Positions 48,883-59,617 of a stretch of DNA of 64,000 nucleotides are shown piece by piece. This DNA is from Candidatus Latescibacterota bacterium (GTDB lineage Bacteria; Latescibacterota; UBA2968; GCA-2709665), in assembly GCA_965226795.1 (NCBI GenBank), contig CBDDDZ010000004.1, positions 288,001 to 352,000 on the forward strand, read 5' to 3'. Each line of letters opens with the position of its first letter. Position 1 is the first letter of the stretch. The notes beneath the pieces are model-generated. The model was not told where the DNA came from. It did no database searches and saw nothing but the letters and a program-made list of their open reading frames with translations. Made by a program: the position numbers and the translations under genes.

Positions 48883-49902
48883 CTATCGACCCACTGTGCT
48901 TTCGGCCACGCGAAGCCCGGAACACTGCGTCAGTACCATCTGTCCCACCCTCCCCACCGCCTGCTTCACCCCCCAGGTGGGCCTCGGCTGTCCGATCGGC
49001 GACAATTTGACCAGCACCCGATTTCCGGTGCGCCTAAGGACGAGAACGCCAAAGTGCTGGGAGAATACGCCCTCCTTCACCATCGTCTCCACCATGTAGT
49101 CTCCGTTGTGGTCGGTATACACTGCCACCAGCTTGATCACCACCGTCACACCGCGGTGATCCGTCCACCACGAACAGGGCTCGAAACCCGCCGGGAATCG
49201 AGTACGATCGTACTTTCCTTCCAACAACATATTCGGCATCGGTCCAACCTTTTCAACGGGTTTCGGGACGAGGACACAGGCATCCCGTCGCCAGACGAAA
49301 TAACGAACGGGCACGCCGGCATTCAGGGCCTTCCGTTCGTACTTGGTGGGTTTCCGCCCGGGCAGCCCCGACACCGACGCGGAGGGGAAGCCGGATCGCA
49401 GAAGCGGCTGTGCCTCCAGCGCCTCTGAAATCCACGACGCGTATCCCCCGTGGTCCGTCGCCACGGTCACCGTGCCGCCCGGCGCCAGTCGCTCCGCCAG
49501 CGCCCGGACGAATACCGGCTGGATCAGCCGTCTGCCGTGATGCCGCTCCTTGGGCCATGGATCCGGAAAGTTGATATAAACCTGTGCGACGCTATCCAAC
49601 GAAAAAAGGCGCTCGAACACAGAATCCGCCCCGCCGTGAACCACCCGCACGTTCGTTGGGCCGCCCCGCTCCAACCGCCTGAACAACCTTTGGACGGACA
49701 CCCAGGATCGGTCGACGCCGACGAAATTCATCTTGGGATTCGCCTGGGCCCAATCCACCAGAAACTCGCCGGTGCCAAAGCCGATTTCCACGACCAGCGG
49801 GCCGGAGCGGCCGAAGATCGCACCCCAATCCGGCGGCCAGTCCGCCGCGATCCAGGGAACCATGTAGTTCAGGATGGCTTCGCTAAGCGGCATGGCAGCC
49901 AT
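48883..49902 (-). CDS. trmB: tRNA (guanine-N7)-methyltransferase with C-terminal extension
   Basis: EIGFGTG, NFPDPWPKERHHGRRL, ATDH, TKYERK. Confidence 0.9.
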   Translation of the reverse strand: MAAMPLSEAILNYMVPWIAADWPPDWGAIFGRSGPLVVEIGFGTGEFLVDWAQANPKMNFVGVDRSWVSVQRLFRRLERGGPTNVRVVHGGADSVFERLFSLDSVAQVYINFPDPWPKERHHGRRLIQPVFVRALAERLAPGGTVTVATDHGGYASWISEALEAQPLLRSGFPSASVSGLPGRKPTKYERKALNAGVPVRYFVWRRDACVLVPKPVEKVGPMPNMLLEGKYDRTRFPAGFEPCSWWTDHRGVTVVIKLVAVYTDHNGDYMVETMVKEGVFSQHFGVLVLRRTGNRVLVKLSPIGQPRPTWGVKQAVGRVGQMVLTQCSGLRVAESTVGR

Positions 49903-50256
49903 AAAACCGCTCCACACTAGGGAAACAGATCCGGCGTCGAATACATACATGCAACAGGCGGTCACCCATTCTCTCTCGAATGTTGAATTTAGTGGATAAG
50001 AGAACCCGAATCAAGCGGCGCGTTCCACCGCGCCCGACGCCGCGAAAAACCGTTGACTTCGTTCCTCCCGGGCCGCATGTTTGCTTCCGCCCTGCGGAAG
50101 CAGGTTTGAAGATGAATAAAATCAATTAGATAGGGAATTCGACAAGTTCAGTTGACGGTGAACGCCACGAGGCGTGGGTGCACAGTCGCGATGGTGCGGC
50201 TGCCGCACGCGGCCACGGTATTCGAAGGGCAACGGTCTTCCAGAGGAGGCATTGCG

Positions 50257-50898
50257 ATGAACGTGTTGATCCTGTCGGGTGCGAATCACGGATTTGATCA
50301 GAGCGCCGAGATGATCCGCGGGTTTCTGGACGCACAGGCCGACCTGTCGGTGGAACTGAGCGCGGACAAGGACCTGCTGGCGTCGGGGATGGACCATTAC
50401 GATGTTTGCGTTTTCGGAACGGGGTTCACCCGCGCCGTAAAACGGGAGGACGGTTCGATTGCCCGTGAATCGGACCTGACGCGCGCCCAGGAAGATGGAC
50501 TGTTCGGGTTCGTGACCGGCGGCAAGGGCCTGGTGGGGATTCACGGATCGGGATGGTGGATCGGCGGACGGGCGGTGGACATGCTGGGCGGGCATGCCAA
50601 CTGGCACCCGCCCGGGTTGACGTTCACCGTAAAGGTGGAAGATGAGGGCCACCCGGTGATGGAAGGCATCGAGGACTTTGAGGTGGACGACGAGATCTAT
50701 ATCTCGGCGTATGAACCTCAATTGCGGATTCTCGCGTCCGCGCAGTGGCATGGCGGGACGTTTCCGATTGCGTGGGTGAAAGCTTACGGATCGGGGCGGG
50801 TATTCTATACAGCGCTTGGCCACGGCCCGGGAACGTTCGCGCGGCCGCCGGTACAGGCGATGCTTTGCCAGGGCGTGCGCTGGGCCGCAGGTTGTTAG
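50257..50898 (+). CDS. ThuA-like domain protein
   Basis: GGAGG RBS; GKGLVGIHG, HPVMEG..DFEVDDEIY, YGSGRVFYTALGH. Confidence 0.85.
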   Translation: MNVLILSGANHGFDQSAEMIRGFLDAQADLSVELSADKDLLASGMDHYDVCVFGTGFTRAVKREDGSIARESDLTRAQEDGLFGFVTGGKGLVGIHGSGWWIGGRAVDMLGGHANWHPPGLTFTVKVEDEGHPVMEGIEDFEVDDEIYISAYEPQLRILASAQWHGGTFPIAWVKAYGSGRVFYTALGHGPGTFARPPVQAMLCQGVRWAAGC

Positions 50899-51027
50899 CC
50901 CAGGGGCCGAAAAAAACTACGGGAGACGCGGAAAGCCCGTCACGCGTCGCGGGGCCCGACTGCGTTCGCGTCAGGCTTCCGAAGGCAACGTTGACGGCGT
51001 AGCGTTTCGAGTCGCGGAGGGATTGAA

Positions 51028-51813
51028 ATGCTGGAGTTGAATCTGTCGGGGCGGGTGGCGCTTGTGACGGGGGCCAGCGAGGGGATTGGAAAAGGGATAG
51101 CCCGGAAGTTGGCTGAGGAGGGGTGCAGGGTTGCGATATGCGCGCGGCGGCGGGACGTTCTGTCGGGCGCGGCGGAGGCCATCAGGTCGGAATCGGGCGC
51201 CCAGGTGCTTGCGGTGGCGGCGGACGTCACGCTCACCGCGGACGTGGAGCGGTTCGTGAACGCGGCGGTGTCCGAATTCGGTGGTGTTGATATTCTGGTC
51301 AATAACGCGGGTCGTTCCGCGGCCCATTACTTCGAGGATGCGACGGAGCCGATCTGGCAGGAGGATTTCGATCTGAAATTCTGGGCCGCGGTTCGCGGTT
51401 CAAGGCTGGCGGTTCCACACATGAAGGCCCGGGGCGGGGGCAGCATTGTGAATATCACACACCCTGGAGGAAAGGCGCCCGGGCCGGGTTCGGTTCCCAC
51501 GTCGGTGAGCCGGGCAGCGGGTATCGCGCTGAGCAAAGCGATGTCAAAAGACCTGGCTCAACACCGGATACGGGTGAACACGGTCTGTCTGACCAATATC
51601 AGGTCCGCGCAGGCGGAGCGGGCCTGGACGGCGTCAGGCAGCGACCTGGATTTCGATTCCTGGTGCGATGATCTGGGAAAGGACGTCCCGATGGGGCGGA
51701 TGGGTGAACCCGGCGAGGTGGCCGATCTGGTCGCGTTTCTGGTCTCCGACCGTGGCGCCTTCATCACAGGCGCCGCGATTAACTTTGATGGAGGATCGGG
51801 GGAGACGGTTTAG
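51028..51813 (+). CDS. SDR family oxidoreductase
   Basis: TGASEGIG, DILVNNAG, IRVNTV, PMGRMGEP; atypical catalytic segment (SVSRAAG). Confidence 0.88.
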   Translation: MLELNLSGRVALVTGASEGIGKGIARKLAEEGCRVAICARRRDVLSGAAEAIRSESGAQVLAVAADVTLTADVERFVNAAVSEFGGVDILVNNAGRSAAHYFEDATEPIWQEDFDLKFWAAVRGSRLAVPHMKARGGGSIVNITHPGGKAPGPGSVPTSVSRAAGIALSKAMSKDLAQHRIRVNTVCLTNIRSAQAERAWTASGSDLDFDSWCDDLGKDVPMGRMGEPGEVADLVAFLVSDRGAFITGAAINFDGGSGETV

Positions 51814-51819
51814 GGAAGT

Positions 51820-52593
51820 CTATATGGCCAGTTGATGTGCACGGGTGAAGCATCGGCGGCGGACGACGTGCACGACAACCACGGAGCCGATTGCGGTGGC
51901 GGCGACAATCATCAGCATCACGATTATCTGATATTTGATGGCGGTCATCGGATCCGAGCCGGCCAGAATCTGACCTGTCATCATCCCGGGAAGAGAAACC
52001 AGGCCGACGGTCATCAGTGCGTTGATGGAGGGAATCATACCGGCCTTCACCACGTCGCGCAGAATGGTGGCGGTGGCTTCCTGGTAGGTGGCGCCCAGAC
52101 ACAGCGCGAGTTCGATCTGGGCTCGCTGTTTGCGCAGGTCGGAGAAGAGCCGTTCCAGCGCGATCGTGACTGCGTTCATGGAATTGCCGATAATCATTCC
52201 GCCGAGGGGAATGAAGTACTGCGGGGTGTACCAGGGTTTGACCTGGACGATTACGGCGGTGACCAGGATGGACACGGTTGTGTAGCTGGCGACCATGGAA
52301 ATGAAGGTGGGTACGAAGTAGGCCACCTCCTTTTCCTTTACGCGGCCGCGGATGGCGTGGGCGGCCCAGAAGACCATCCAGATAAAGAGGATGAGAATCA
52401 GGTAAGGGTTATTGATCCGGAAGATGTACTTGAGGACGTAGCCGACCAGGTAGAGTTGCGCGAAGGTGCGCACCGTGCCCCACGCGAGGTCCTTTTCCAG
52501 ATTGAGCCGGAAGATGACCGAGCCGGTACCCGCGATAAGGACGAAGACGAGACACAGCAGCAGTTGCAGGGGAGAGATCTCGATCAGGTTCAA
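51820..52593 (-). CDS. fetB: Iron-export ABC permease FetB (YbbM/UPF0014)
   Basis: RTFAQL..VGY, PQYFIPLGGMIIGNSM, GLVSLPGMMTGQILAG, KYQIIVM. Confidence 0.9.
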   Translation of the reverse strand: MNLIEISPLQLLLCLVFVLIAGTGSVIFRLNLEKDLAWGTVRTFAQLYLVGYVLKYIFRINNPYLILILFIWMVFWAAHAIRGRVKEKEVAYFVPTFISMVASYTTVSILVTAVIVQVKPWYTPQYFIPLGGMIIGNSMNAVTIALERLFSDLRKQRAQIELALCLGATYQEATATILRDVVKAGMIPSINALMTVGLVSLPGMMTGQILAGSDPMTAIKYQIIVMLMIVAATAIGSVVVVHVVRRRCFTRAHQLAI

Positions 52594-53264
52594 GCGGAGA
52601 CCTCCTGAAGATCGCCTTCGAGCCGGTAGCGCCGGGGCCTGACTCGATCCGGCGTGAAGTCAAGATGCGTAACCAGGACAATGCCGATGCTCTGTTCCAG
52701 CGCGAGGCGTTCCAACCAGGTTTCGACGACGGATTTGGACTCGGGGTCGAGGGCGGAGGTGGGTTCGTCGCAGAGGAGCAAGCGGGGCTCGGACAGCAAC
52801 GTACGGATCAGGGCGATCCGCTGTTTCTGGCCCACGGAAAGGGTTTCCGCGTCGTCGTCGAGGTCCACGTCCTGAAGCAGGAAATCGTCCAGAAGAATCC
52901 GGAGCCGGTCTTCGTCCGGCCATTGCCTGTCCCTTGCGGCTCTAAACGTGAACGACAGGGTCAGGTTGTTACGCACGGCGCCGCCGGCCATTGCGGGCGT
53001 CTGTTGGACGTAACCGATCTTTCGCCGCAGTTCGGTGACGTTATGGCGCGTCACGGGTATGCCGTCAAGAAGGATGTCGCCCGAGGAGGGTTCCTGTAAC
53101 CGGTTTGGCAGCCTGAGGAAGCTGGATTTGCCGCTTCCCGACGGGCCGTGAATCAGGACGAAATCCCCGCTGTCAACGGTGAGATTCACCCGTTGAAACA
53201 GCGGTTTTTTTTTGCCGTATTGGAGCGAGACGTTATTGATATCGAGGCGCATGGCTGCTTCCAA
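52590..53264 (-). CDS. fetA: ABC ATP-binding protein FetA (YbbL-like)
   Basis: GPSGSGKS, LSVGQKQR, DEPTSALD; coupled to fetB. Confidence 0.82.
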   Translation of the reverse strand: MEAAMRLDINNVSLQYGKKKPLFQRVNLTVDSGDFVLIHGPSGSGKSSFLRLPNRLQEPSSGDILLDGIPVTRHNVTELRRKIGYVQQTPAMAGGAVRNNLTLSFTFRAARDRQWPDEDRLRILLDDFLLQDVDLDDDAETLSVGQKQRIALIRTLLSEPRLLLCDEPTSALDPESKSVVETWLERLALEQSIGIVLVTHLDFTPDRVRPRRYRLEGDLQEVSA

Positions 53265-53275
53265 TACATGAATGG

Positions 53276-54661
53276 TTAAGCGTTTTCAAAGATTTCAAGC
53301 ACATCGATGATGCTCAGACCGGTGTGATATCCGGGATCGGCATCCGCGGTGGCGGGAATGACAGGTACGACCCGGCCGGTTTCGTCGCGCGTCTGATAGG
53401 CCATCAGATGGAGGTCCGGGCGGACGAAATGCCGCGTGAACGCGTTGTGGCAGGCGCTGAAAATGCCAAGGGCGTTTTTCCGTTGTGTTGTGGATCGGGC
53501 TATCGAATAGCAATACGCAGCGGCACGCAAGGTCTCGGGCAGGTTCCACCACGGCATGTCGGTATTGGCAGGGGATCGGGACACCAGGTCGAATACCTTG
53601 CAGATGCCGCCGGGGCCGGGTTGGAAACCCCCGGCAAAGGTATGTTCGAGCAGAGCAGGCATATGGGCTTCGACGCCGGCGATTTCCCTCCGCTGTTGGG
53701 TGCCTGCCAGAGCGTTTTCCCTGACGGCCGAGGTGAATTTCAGCGTCAGGCCGATAAATTCGAGGACGTGGCCCGGATCGGAAAGGATCTTTCCATTCTC
53801 CTCGTAGGGTCGTCCGTCGTCGTCCACGGCTTCCCAGAAGTCGTACTCCCGGAGCCCGGGCACCCGCTCGCTTAGATTGACGTAGGTCTCCAATTCGTGG
53901 CGGATGAGGCGCAAACCCATCTCCACGCTGTCAGGACTTCCATGCTCGGCCAGCAGGGCGGCGCCGCCGATCTGAATCATGAACGCGCCGTGGGGGTGGC
54001 GGCCCGGTCGGGGTCCGGTGGGATTCCTGGGATCCAGCGAAATCTGGTCCGTGGTGAAACGACCCTCGTGAATGGCCTCGTCCACGCGGCGGCAGTAGTC
54101 CATGGCTTCGGCTTCTGCGTCCTGCAACTCAAGATATCGTGCCGCGGCGACCATGCCCTTGGCGCTGAACAGGTCGCTGAATCCGTAGCTGGTGCCTTCA
54201 GTGAGGACCAGCGGCCGAATTCCGCCTTCGTGATCCAGGGTGAATGGGTCGCCATCGGGGGTTATGAAAAAGGAAAGGCGGCCGGCGTTTCGGGCGCGGA
54301 TTTCAAGCAGCTTCGCCAGCACGTCGGCCGCGATGCGTTCCAGGCGGCGCCGGAGTTCCGGGTCCAGGTTGTGGCGGCGCATCCAGAGGCAGTGCCCGGC
54401 CAGGGACTCGAGACCGCGCCCCTGGATCCAGCCATAGACGGCTCCGGGGCCCCTCACCGGGTCGTCCGCCGCAAAGTCCTCTCCTGTGATGAGGTCCAGT
54501 TTGGTATCGATGAAGGGGTAGTCGGGTGTATGTTCGTACCGATCCGCAATGGCGGCCATGACAGCGATCAGCATGACGCGGTAGTCGGGCAGAACGGACC
54601 GTACTGTGTCGATGGATGGATGCTCCGGCAGGAGAACTCCACGGTAAACGGCTTCTGACAT
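53276..54661 (-). CDS. AGE (N-acylglucosamine 2-epimerase)-like alpha/alpha-barrel protein
   Basis: WIQGRG, HPHG, DPGHVLEF, WWNLPE, DPGYH motifs. Confidence 0.62.
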   Translation of the reverse strand: MSEAVYRGVLLPEHPSIDTVRSVLPDYRVMLIAVMAAIADRYEHTPDYPFIDTKLDLITGEDFAADDPVRGPGAVYGWIQGRGLESLAGHCLWMRRHNLDPELRRRLERIAADVLAKLLEIRARNAGRLSFFITPDGDPFTLDHEGGIRPLVLTEGTSYGFSDLFSAKGMVAAARYLELQDAEAEAMDYCRRVDEAIHEGRFTTDQISLDPRNPTGPRPGRHPHGAFMIQIGGAALLAEHGSPDSVEMGLRLIRHELETYVNLSERVPGLREYDFWEAVDDDGRPYEENGKILSDPGHVLEFIGLTLKFTSAVRENALAGTQQRREIAGVEAHMPALLEHTFAGGFQPGPGGICKVFDLVSRSPANTDMPWWNLPETLRAAAYCYSIARSTTQRKNALGIFSACHNAFTRHFVRPDLHLMAYQTRDETGRVVPVIPATADADPGYHTGLSIIDVLEIFENA

Positions 54662-54768
54662 AGCGAGGACTCCGGAGAACCGGCCCGGGGTTCCTATTCA
54701 GCAGGCGTCAGGGTAGACGCAACACACTCCGATGTTCTCCCGCGTGGCGCTTACGCGACCGGGGAGCA

Positions 54769-55605
54769 TTACGACCAGACGTAGATTTCGCTGTCGTCGT
54801 CGGAATAGCCGATGAAAACGGCCAGGACGATTCTGGGATCGGTTCCCTCGACCGCGGGGACCTCGTGGATACAGCGGGTGTTGAAGAAGTAGAGGTCGCC
54901 GGGTTCAAGGTCGACGCGGCAGTGTTCGATGTTGTTTTCCCGGGCGTATTCGTGAAAGGCGTTCGCGGCGATGTGAGAGTCGACGTCTTCCGTCCACAGA
55001 CAGCGGTGCAGGATGGCCTGGGTGGCCGGGCCGGTCTGGGCCGCGTTCTGGAAGCAGATTACGCCCGCGAACTGGTGCTCGAACCGGGAGACCTCGTAAT
55101 TGAAGCGTTTTTCACGGAGCGTGACGTGGTCGATGTGCGGCACGTAGGTGTGGTGGGTGTAGTGGATCCGGAAGATGGCGGGTCCGTAGACGCGGGCGTC
55201 CGGTTCACGGGCGGTGAGCACCCGTTTCCCTGCGGCCAGGGCGGAGAGGCTGCCATAAATGACGTCGATGGGGTTGTTGAAACCGTCGAAGAGATGTCCG
55301 AAAAGGTCCCGGGTGAGGGCGGCTTGTTCGAAAAAGTCTTCCTGGTCGTTGCCTCTGTTACCCAGACTGGTCCCGATGTCAATGCGCGTACGGGTGTCGT
55401 CGGATTCCGTGTCCGCCGGATCCCGCATGAGGCCCCGGTCTATAAAACGACGAATAAGGCCGGCGCACTGGTCTGGGTGATAGGCCTGCCTCAGAACGAT
55501 CGCCGGTATCTCGGCCCTTGAAAGGGCGCGGAGTGGATCTCCGTACCTCGCGGTGACAGTCTTCAGGTCCGATCCGACCGGCAGCCAGGAAACGGCGGTG
55601 GGCAT
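54769..55605 (-). CDS. Putative 2OG-Fe(II) oxygenase-like protein
   Basis: PHID...PGDLYFFN..IHEV...RIVL facial-triad-like pattern. Confidence 0.6.
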   Translation of the reverse strand: MPTAVSWLPVGSDLKTVTARYGDPLRALSRAEIPAIVLRQAYHPDQCAGLIRRFIDRGLMRDPADTESDDTRTRIDIGTSLGNRGNDQEDFFEQAALTRDLFGHLFDGFNNPIDVIYGSLSALAAGKRVLTAREPDARVYGPAIFRIHYTHHTYVPHIDHVTLREKRFNYEVSRFEHQFAGVICFQNAAQTGPATQAILHRCLWTEDVDSHIAANAFHEYARENNIEHCRVDLEPGDLYFFNTRCIHEVPAVEGTDPRIVLAVFIGYSDDDSEIYVWS

Positions 55606-55617
55606 ATCGACTTCCTT

Positions 55618-56112
55618 TCAGGCCAGGTCCCTGAATTCGATGTGAAGGTGTTCCCGGTACCCGGTGAGTTGGCGGTAGTCGACTCCGGCACTGTTGAACA
55701 TGCGTTTGGAGGCGCTGACGGAATCGGTCTCGGCGTATTTGTCCGCCAGGTAGATGACTTCCCGAATACCCGATTGAATGATGACTTTGGCGCATTCGTT
55801 GCAGGGAAAGTGGGTGACGTAGATCGTGCAATTGTAGAGGTCCGTGTCGATCTTGTTCAGGATCGCGTTGAGTTCGGCGTGGCAGATGTACGGGTACTTG
55901 GTATTGAGAAAGTCGCCCTCTCTTGCCCACGGATACTCGTCGTCCGAGCAACCGATGGGCAGGCCGTTGTAGCCGATGCCCACGATTTTCTTTTTCTCGT
56001 TGATGATGCATGCACCCACGCGGGTGTTGGGGTCCTTGCTTCTCAGGGCGGAAAGCAGCGCAACGCCCATGAAATACTCGTCCCAGGAGAGATAGTCTTC
56101 GCGCTTGTTCAT
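55618..56112 (-). CDS. dCMP deaminase (ComEB family)
   Basis: SWDEYFM, RSKDPNTRVGACI, GYNG, CHAELNAI, FPCNECAK. Confidence 0.92.
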   Translation of the reverse strand: MNKREDYLSWDEYFMGVALLSALRSKDPNTRVGACIINEKKKIVGIGYNGLPIGCSDDEYPWAREGDFLNTKYPYICHAELNAILNKIDTDLYNCTIYVTHFPCNECAKVIIQSGIREVIYLADKYAETDSVSASKRMFNSAGVDYRQLTGYREHLHIEFRDLA

Positions 56113-56310
56113 TTGGCTTCCCGGTCGGTTAGAACCGCTCGCGGCGCGGAGTTGGGCCGCCTGTACCGAAGACGGAGAGAATCGAGGGTCCCGGTCATCA
56201 CATTGTATCGCGGCTTTGCGCAAACGCTGTTAATATGACGCTCGGGAATCGAGATTGCAACGCTTTCTTAAGCCGCAGCGGTATAAGTTCATCAGCTGTA
56301 AAACCACTGA

Positions 56311-56343
56311 AAAAGGCATCCGCCCAATCGGCGGATGCCTTTT
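56311..56343. terminator. Bidirectional intrinsic terminator after the TonB receptor gene
   Basis: AAAAGGCATCCGCC-caatc-GGCGGATGCCTTTT. Confidence 0.8.
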
Positions 56344-56369
56344 CCATGTTCGTAAAGAAAAACGGGTTG

Positions 56370-59300
56370 TCAACCTCCGAGGTGATAGGTTGCCGCCAGC
56401 TTTAAACGCCGTCCCTTGGGATCGTGGGTGAAGCCGTCGTAGGCCTGCTCGATATTCACGAGAGGAGGCATTGTGTCGAGCAGATTCATCCCGGAAAGCG
56501 CGATGTTCACTCCGTTGGGCAAGTTCCACAGGAAACTCACGTCCCAGGTTACAAACGGATCGATGGTACCGAACAGACTCTTGATGTTCGAATTATCGGA
56601 ACCCATCGACCCCCGGTCCTCATAAGACGAAATGTAGTTCAGATAGCTCGCGACACTGTAGTCTTGCCAGTAATAGGTGCCCGATATCCGGGCCTTGAAC
56701 TTGGGAAGCGACGTCGCGATAGGATTTCCGAAGTTCAGGTAGCCGGCGACGTCCGCCGCCTCCTGGAGCACCAGGCTGCCCAGCATCAGGGCCTTTGTCT
56801 CGTACGCCAGCGTATAGGTGCCGTCCAGGCCCGCCGCGAATTTCCCCGTTCCCGCCCGCGTCCGCGTGCCCAGATGCAAATCAAGCCCCGAGGTCTTGAC
56901 CCCCGGCCAATTGACGACGTCGACTTGCACCCGCTCGAGCTCCGAGGCCGCGCAGGTGCCGGTACCTATCCCGTCCGGGCAGACGATGAATTGCTTCAGG
57001 GCGTTCTTGTTCGCTTCATCGGCGTATAAGGCGGTAATGGCGCCGTGGGGCATGGAACCGATCACATCGCTGAAATTGTAACTCCAGTAGTCGAGTGTCG
57101 CTTCAAAGCCCGTCTCCGTGACCAGGGCAAGGCCCGCGTTATAGGTAAACGCCCGTTCGGGTTTGAGATCCTTGCTCCCGATTCTGTCCACCGTTTGGTA
57201 GGCGCCGGTCTCATTGATCCACTCGAGCGTCGAAAGCGGGCTTTCATTCACGTCATCAAGTGCCGGCGTGCGAAACGTCGTCTGCACCGAGCCGCGCAGG
57301 AACAGGGACTGGGCCGAGGATTCCACCAGCTGATAGCGCCACCCGAACTTGGGATCGAAACTGCTCGCCACGTCGTGGAACTCGTAATTGGCGGCGAGTT
57401 GCACGTCAAGCCGCTCTCCCAGGCTCAGGGGAGTCTCGGCAAATAAGCGATGCACCGTCTGAGATTCATCGTAAGGCCGATGCACGTTTGTAAACGCATA
57501 GGGTCCGAACCTGTCCTCCGCTGAACAGTTATTGTCGCCCACGACCGGACAGGGGTTGACCGTCACGTCGCCCTCGTTATTGGGGTCGCCGCTGGCATTG
57601 AACTGACGGAACTGGTAGCCTGCCGCGTAACTGGCGACGTCCTCGATCCAGGTTCCAGTCAGCGTCGCCTCGGCGACCAGCAGGTCGGCTGTGCTTTGCA
57701 GATCGACTTCCTGGTTGAACCATTGCCGCAATTCGGAGCTGTTGGCAAGGCCGGCACGGTAGTCGGGGTTCGTCTGAGTTGTATATTGCGAGCCATGTTG
57801 ATCCGCAAACTCGATGGCGTTGCCGAAGGGATTGTAGTACTGGCAGTCACCCTGACCCGCCACCTGGCCGCTGAGCGAACCCAGACGCATCCCGGCAAGG
57901 GAACTGCGATCCGCCTCCACGCCAACGCCGCAACGCGGCCCCCCGAAGCCCCGGAAGCCGAGGAAAAGCCGCTCGATGTACACACCCGGCAGGTTATAGT
58001 TACCCTCGGTGCGGGAATAGGTCAGGCCCACGTCGAAATGCGCGTCCCGCCCGCCGAATGCCTCGAAGTCGCGATTCGCGGAGGCCGCCACTCGCCACGT
58101 GCGTGAGTCGCGGTCCAGTGTGCGACCGGGGCCCGAGTTTCCGAACGGACGACCGTTGAAGTACCAGTTCTCTCCGCCCTGGCACGCCTCGTAGTATGGG
58201 TCGGACGGATCGGCGCCGTAGTCCTCGCAGAATGCCCCCCGGCCCGGGTGGTCGGCCGCCACCTCCATAATACTGGTGTCGGTCAGGGGAAACGGAGGAT
58301 AGGAGGGCGTGGTGTACCAATCGGCAATCCTGGCCGTGGCCCACAGGCCCTCGATGTGATACTCCGTACCATTGTCCAGCGAACCGTTGATCTCGGCGAA
58401 AGCGCGGGTATGGCTCATGTCCTCGATCAGATTCTCATACTGCTGATAGCGGAAACGGCACGTCCAGGACTCCCGGAAGCCCCCGAATTCCTCGCAGCGC
58501 GGCGCGTGGATCGCGGCGGTCCACGGGGCGGGAGCCCCGATGGCGAAGGTGCCGGGATTCCCCAGGCTCGACCATCCCAGGCGCTGCCCGCCGCCGTGCC
58601 ACGGCTGCAGCAGGTAGTCCCTCTCGGAGGCCGGCAACGCTTGCCGTCCACGCCATTCCGCGGAAACAACCGCACGGGCTTCGCCGAGTTTCCCACCCCA
58701 TATCGCGCCGCCGTTGGTATCGCCGGCGCCCGGGAAGTATTCGTGCGCGGCGGAAACTTCGAAGCCCTCGAAGTCGCTGCGCGTAAGGAAATTGGCCACG
58801 CCGGCCACCGCATCCGACCCATAAATGGCGGAGGCTCCCTCCTTGAGCACTTCGATCCGGTCAATGGCGATGGAGGGGATCACATTGACATCGACAAAGC
58901 GCCCCCCGATCAGGCGTGCGGGGACGTAGGTCTGGCGTCGGCTGTTGATCAGCACGAGGGTGCGCGAAGCCCCCAGCCCCCGCAGGTTGACGTTCGCGAT
59001 GCTCTCCGTGAGGGTGGCGGCCTGGCCCGCGTTGTACCAGCTGCTCCGCTCGCCGATCACGCCGTGGCTCGCGCCCAGGTTTTTGAAGAAATCGACGGCC
59101 TGCGGAGAGCCCTGCTCGGCCATTTTTACCCGCCCGACCACGGCAACCGCGTAGGGCAGGTTGATGGGAGATTCCTTGAAGGCCGTGCCGGTCACCACCA
59201 TTTCGTCCATGTAGAGCAAGGTAAGTTCCATCTGCAGCGTGACGGTCAGCGTCGCTCCGGCGGTCACGGTAATCGCGCGCGTCACCGGCGGGTAGTCGAT

Positions 59301-59546
59301 CTGGTCCACCTTAAGTTCGTGGACGCCGGGCGGCACGTTGAGGATGGTAAAACGGCCCTGCGCGTCCGACACGCCGCCGAGGTTCAGGATTGCGATAGAG
59401 ACGTTTGCGCCTTCCAACGGGTCACCGCTCTCCATGTCGACCACGGTGCCCGCAACGGTACCTGTCGACTGCCCCACCACCGTATGTGCGTGGAGAAACA
59501 TTGCCGCGAATATCAGAACCGGAATATACATACCTCGGAAAATCAT
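56370..59546 (-). CDS. TonB-dependent receptor with N-terminal carboxypeptidase-regulatory-like domain
   Basis: Signal peptide; EMVVTG, NLRGLGASRTLVLIN, IEVLKEGASAIYGSDAVAGVAN, NLLD; beta-barrel C-terminus. Confidence 0.92.
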   Translation of the reverse strand: MIFRGMYIPVLIFAAMFLHAHTVVGQSTGTVAGTVVDMESGDPLEGANVSIAILNLGGVSDAQGRFTILNVPPGVHELKVDQIDYPPVTRAITVTAGATLTVTLQMELTLLYMDEMVVTGTAFKESPINLPYAVAVVGRVKMAEQGSPQAVDFFKNLGASHGVIGERSSWYNAGQAATLTESIANVNLRGLGASRTLVLINSRRQTYVPARLIGGRFVDVNVIPSIAIDRIEVLKEGASAIYGSDAVAGVANFLTRSDFEGFEVSAAHEYFPGAGDTNGGAIWGGKLGEARAVVSAEWRGRQALPASERDYLLQPWHGGGQRLGWSSLGNPGTFAIGAPAPWTAAIHAPRCEEFGGFRESWTCRFRYQQYENLIEDMSHTRAFAEINGSLDNGTEYHIEGLWATARIADWYTTPSYPPFPLTDTSIMEVAADHPGRGAFCEDYGADPSDPYYEACQGGENWYFNGRPFGNSGPGRTLDRDSRTWRVAASANRDFEAFGGRDAHFDVGLTYSRTEGNYNLPGVYIERLFLGFRGFGGPRCGVGVEADRSSLAGMRLGSLSGQVAGQGDCQYYNPFGNAIEFADQHGSQYTTQTNPDYRAGLANSSELRQWFNQEVDLQSTADLLVAEATLTGTWIEDVASYAAGYQFRQFNASGDPNNEGDVTVNPCPVVGDNNCSAEDRFGPYAFTNVHRPYDESQTVHRLFAETPLSLGERLDVQLAANYEFHDVASSFDPKFGWRYQLVESSAQSLFLRGSVQTTFRTPALDDVNESPLSTLEWINETGAYQTVDRIGSKDLKPERAFTYNAGLALVTETGFEATLDYWSYNFSDVIGSMPHGAITALYADEANKNALKQFIVCPDGIGTGTCAASELERVQVDVVNWPGVKTSGLDLHLGTRTRAGTGKFAAGLDGTYTLAYETKALMLGSLVLQEAADVAGYLNFGNPIATSLPKFKARISGTYYWQDYSVASYLNYISSYEDRGSMGSDNSNIKSLFGTIDPFVTWDVSFLWNLPNGVNIALSGMNLLDTMPPLVNIEQAYDGFTHDPKGRRLKLAATYHLGG

Positions 59547-59617
59547 AGGATTCCCCTCTCATGTAGATTCAGGCGTACCTCGATATCGACCTGTTTCTCG
59601 GACCTCGGGGACGGTAT

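Noticed and set aside
55618..56112. dCMP deaminase as an anti-phage dCTP deaminase
   Set aside because: Short stand-alone ComEB-type enzyme with no kinase domain, in a housekeeping neighbourhood.
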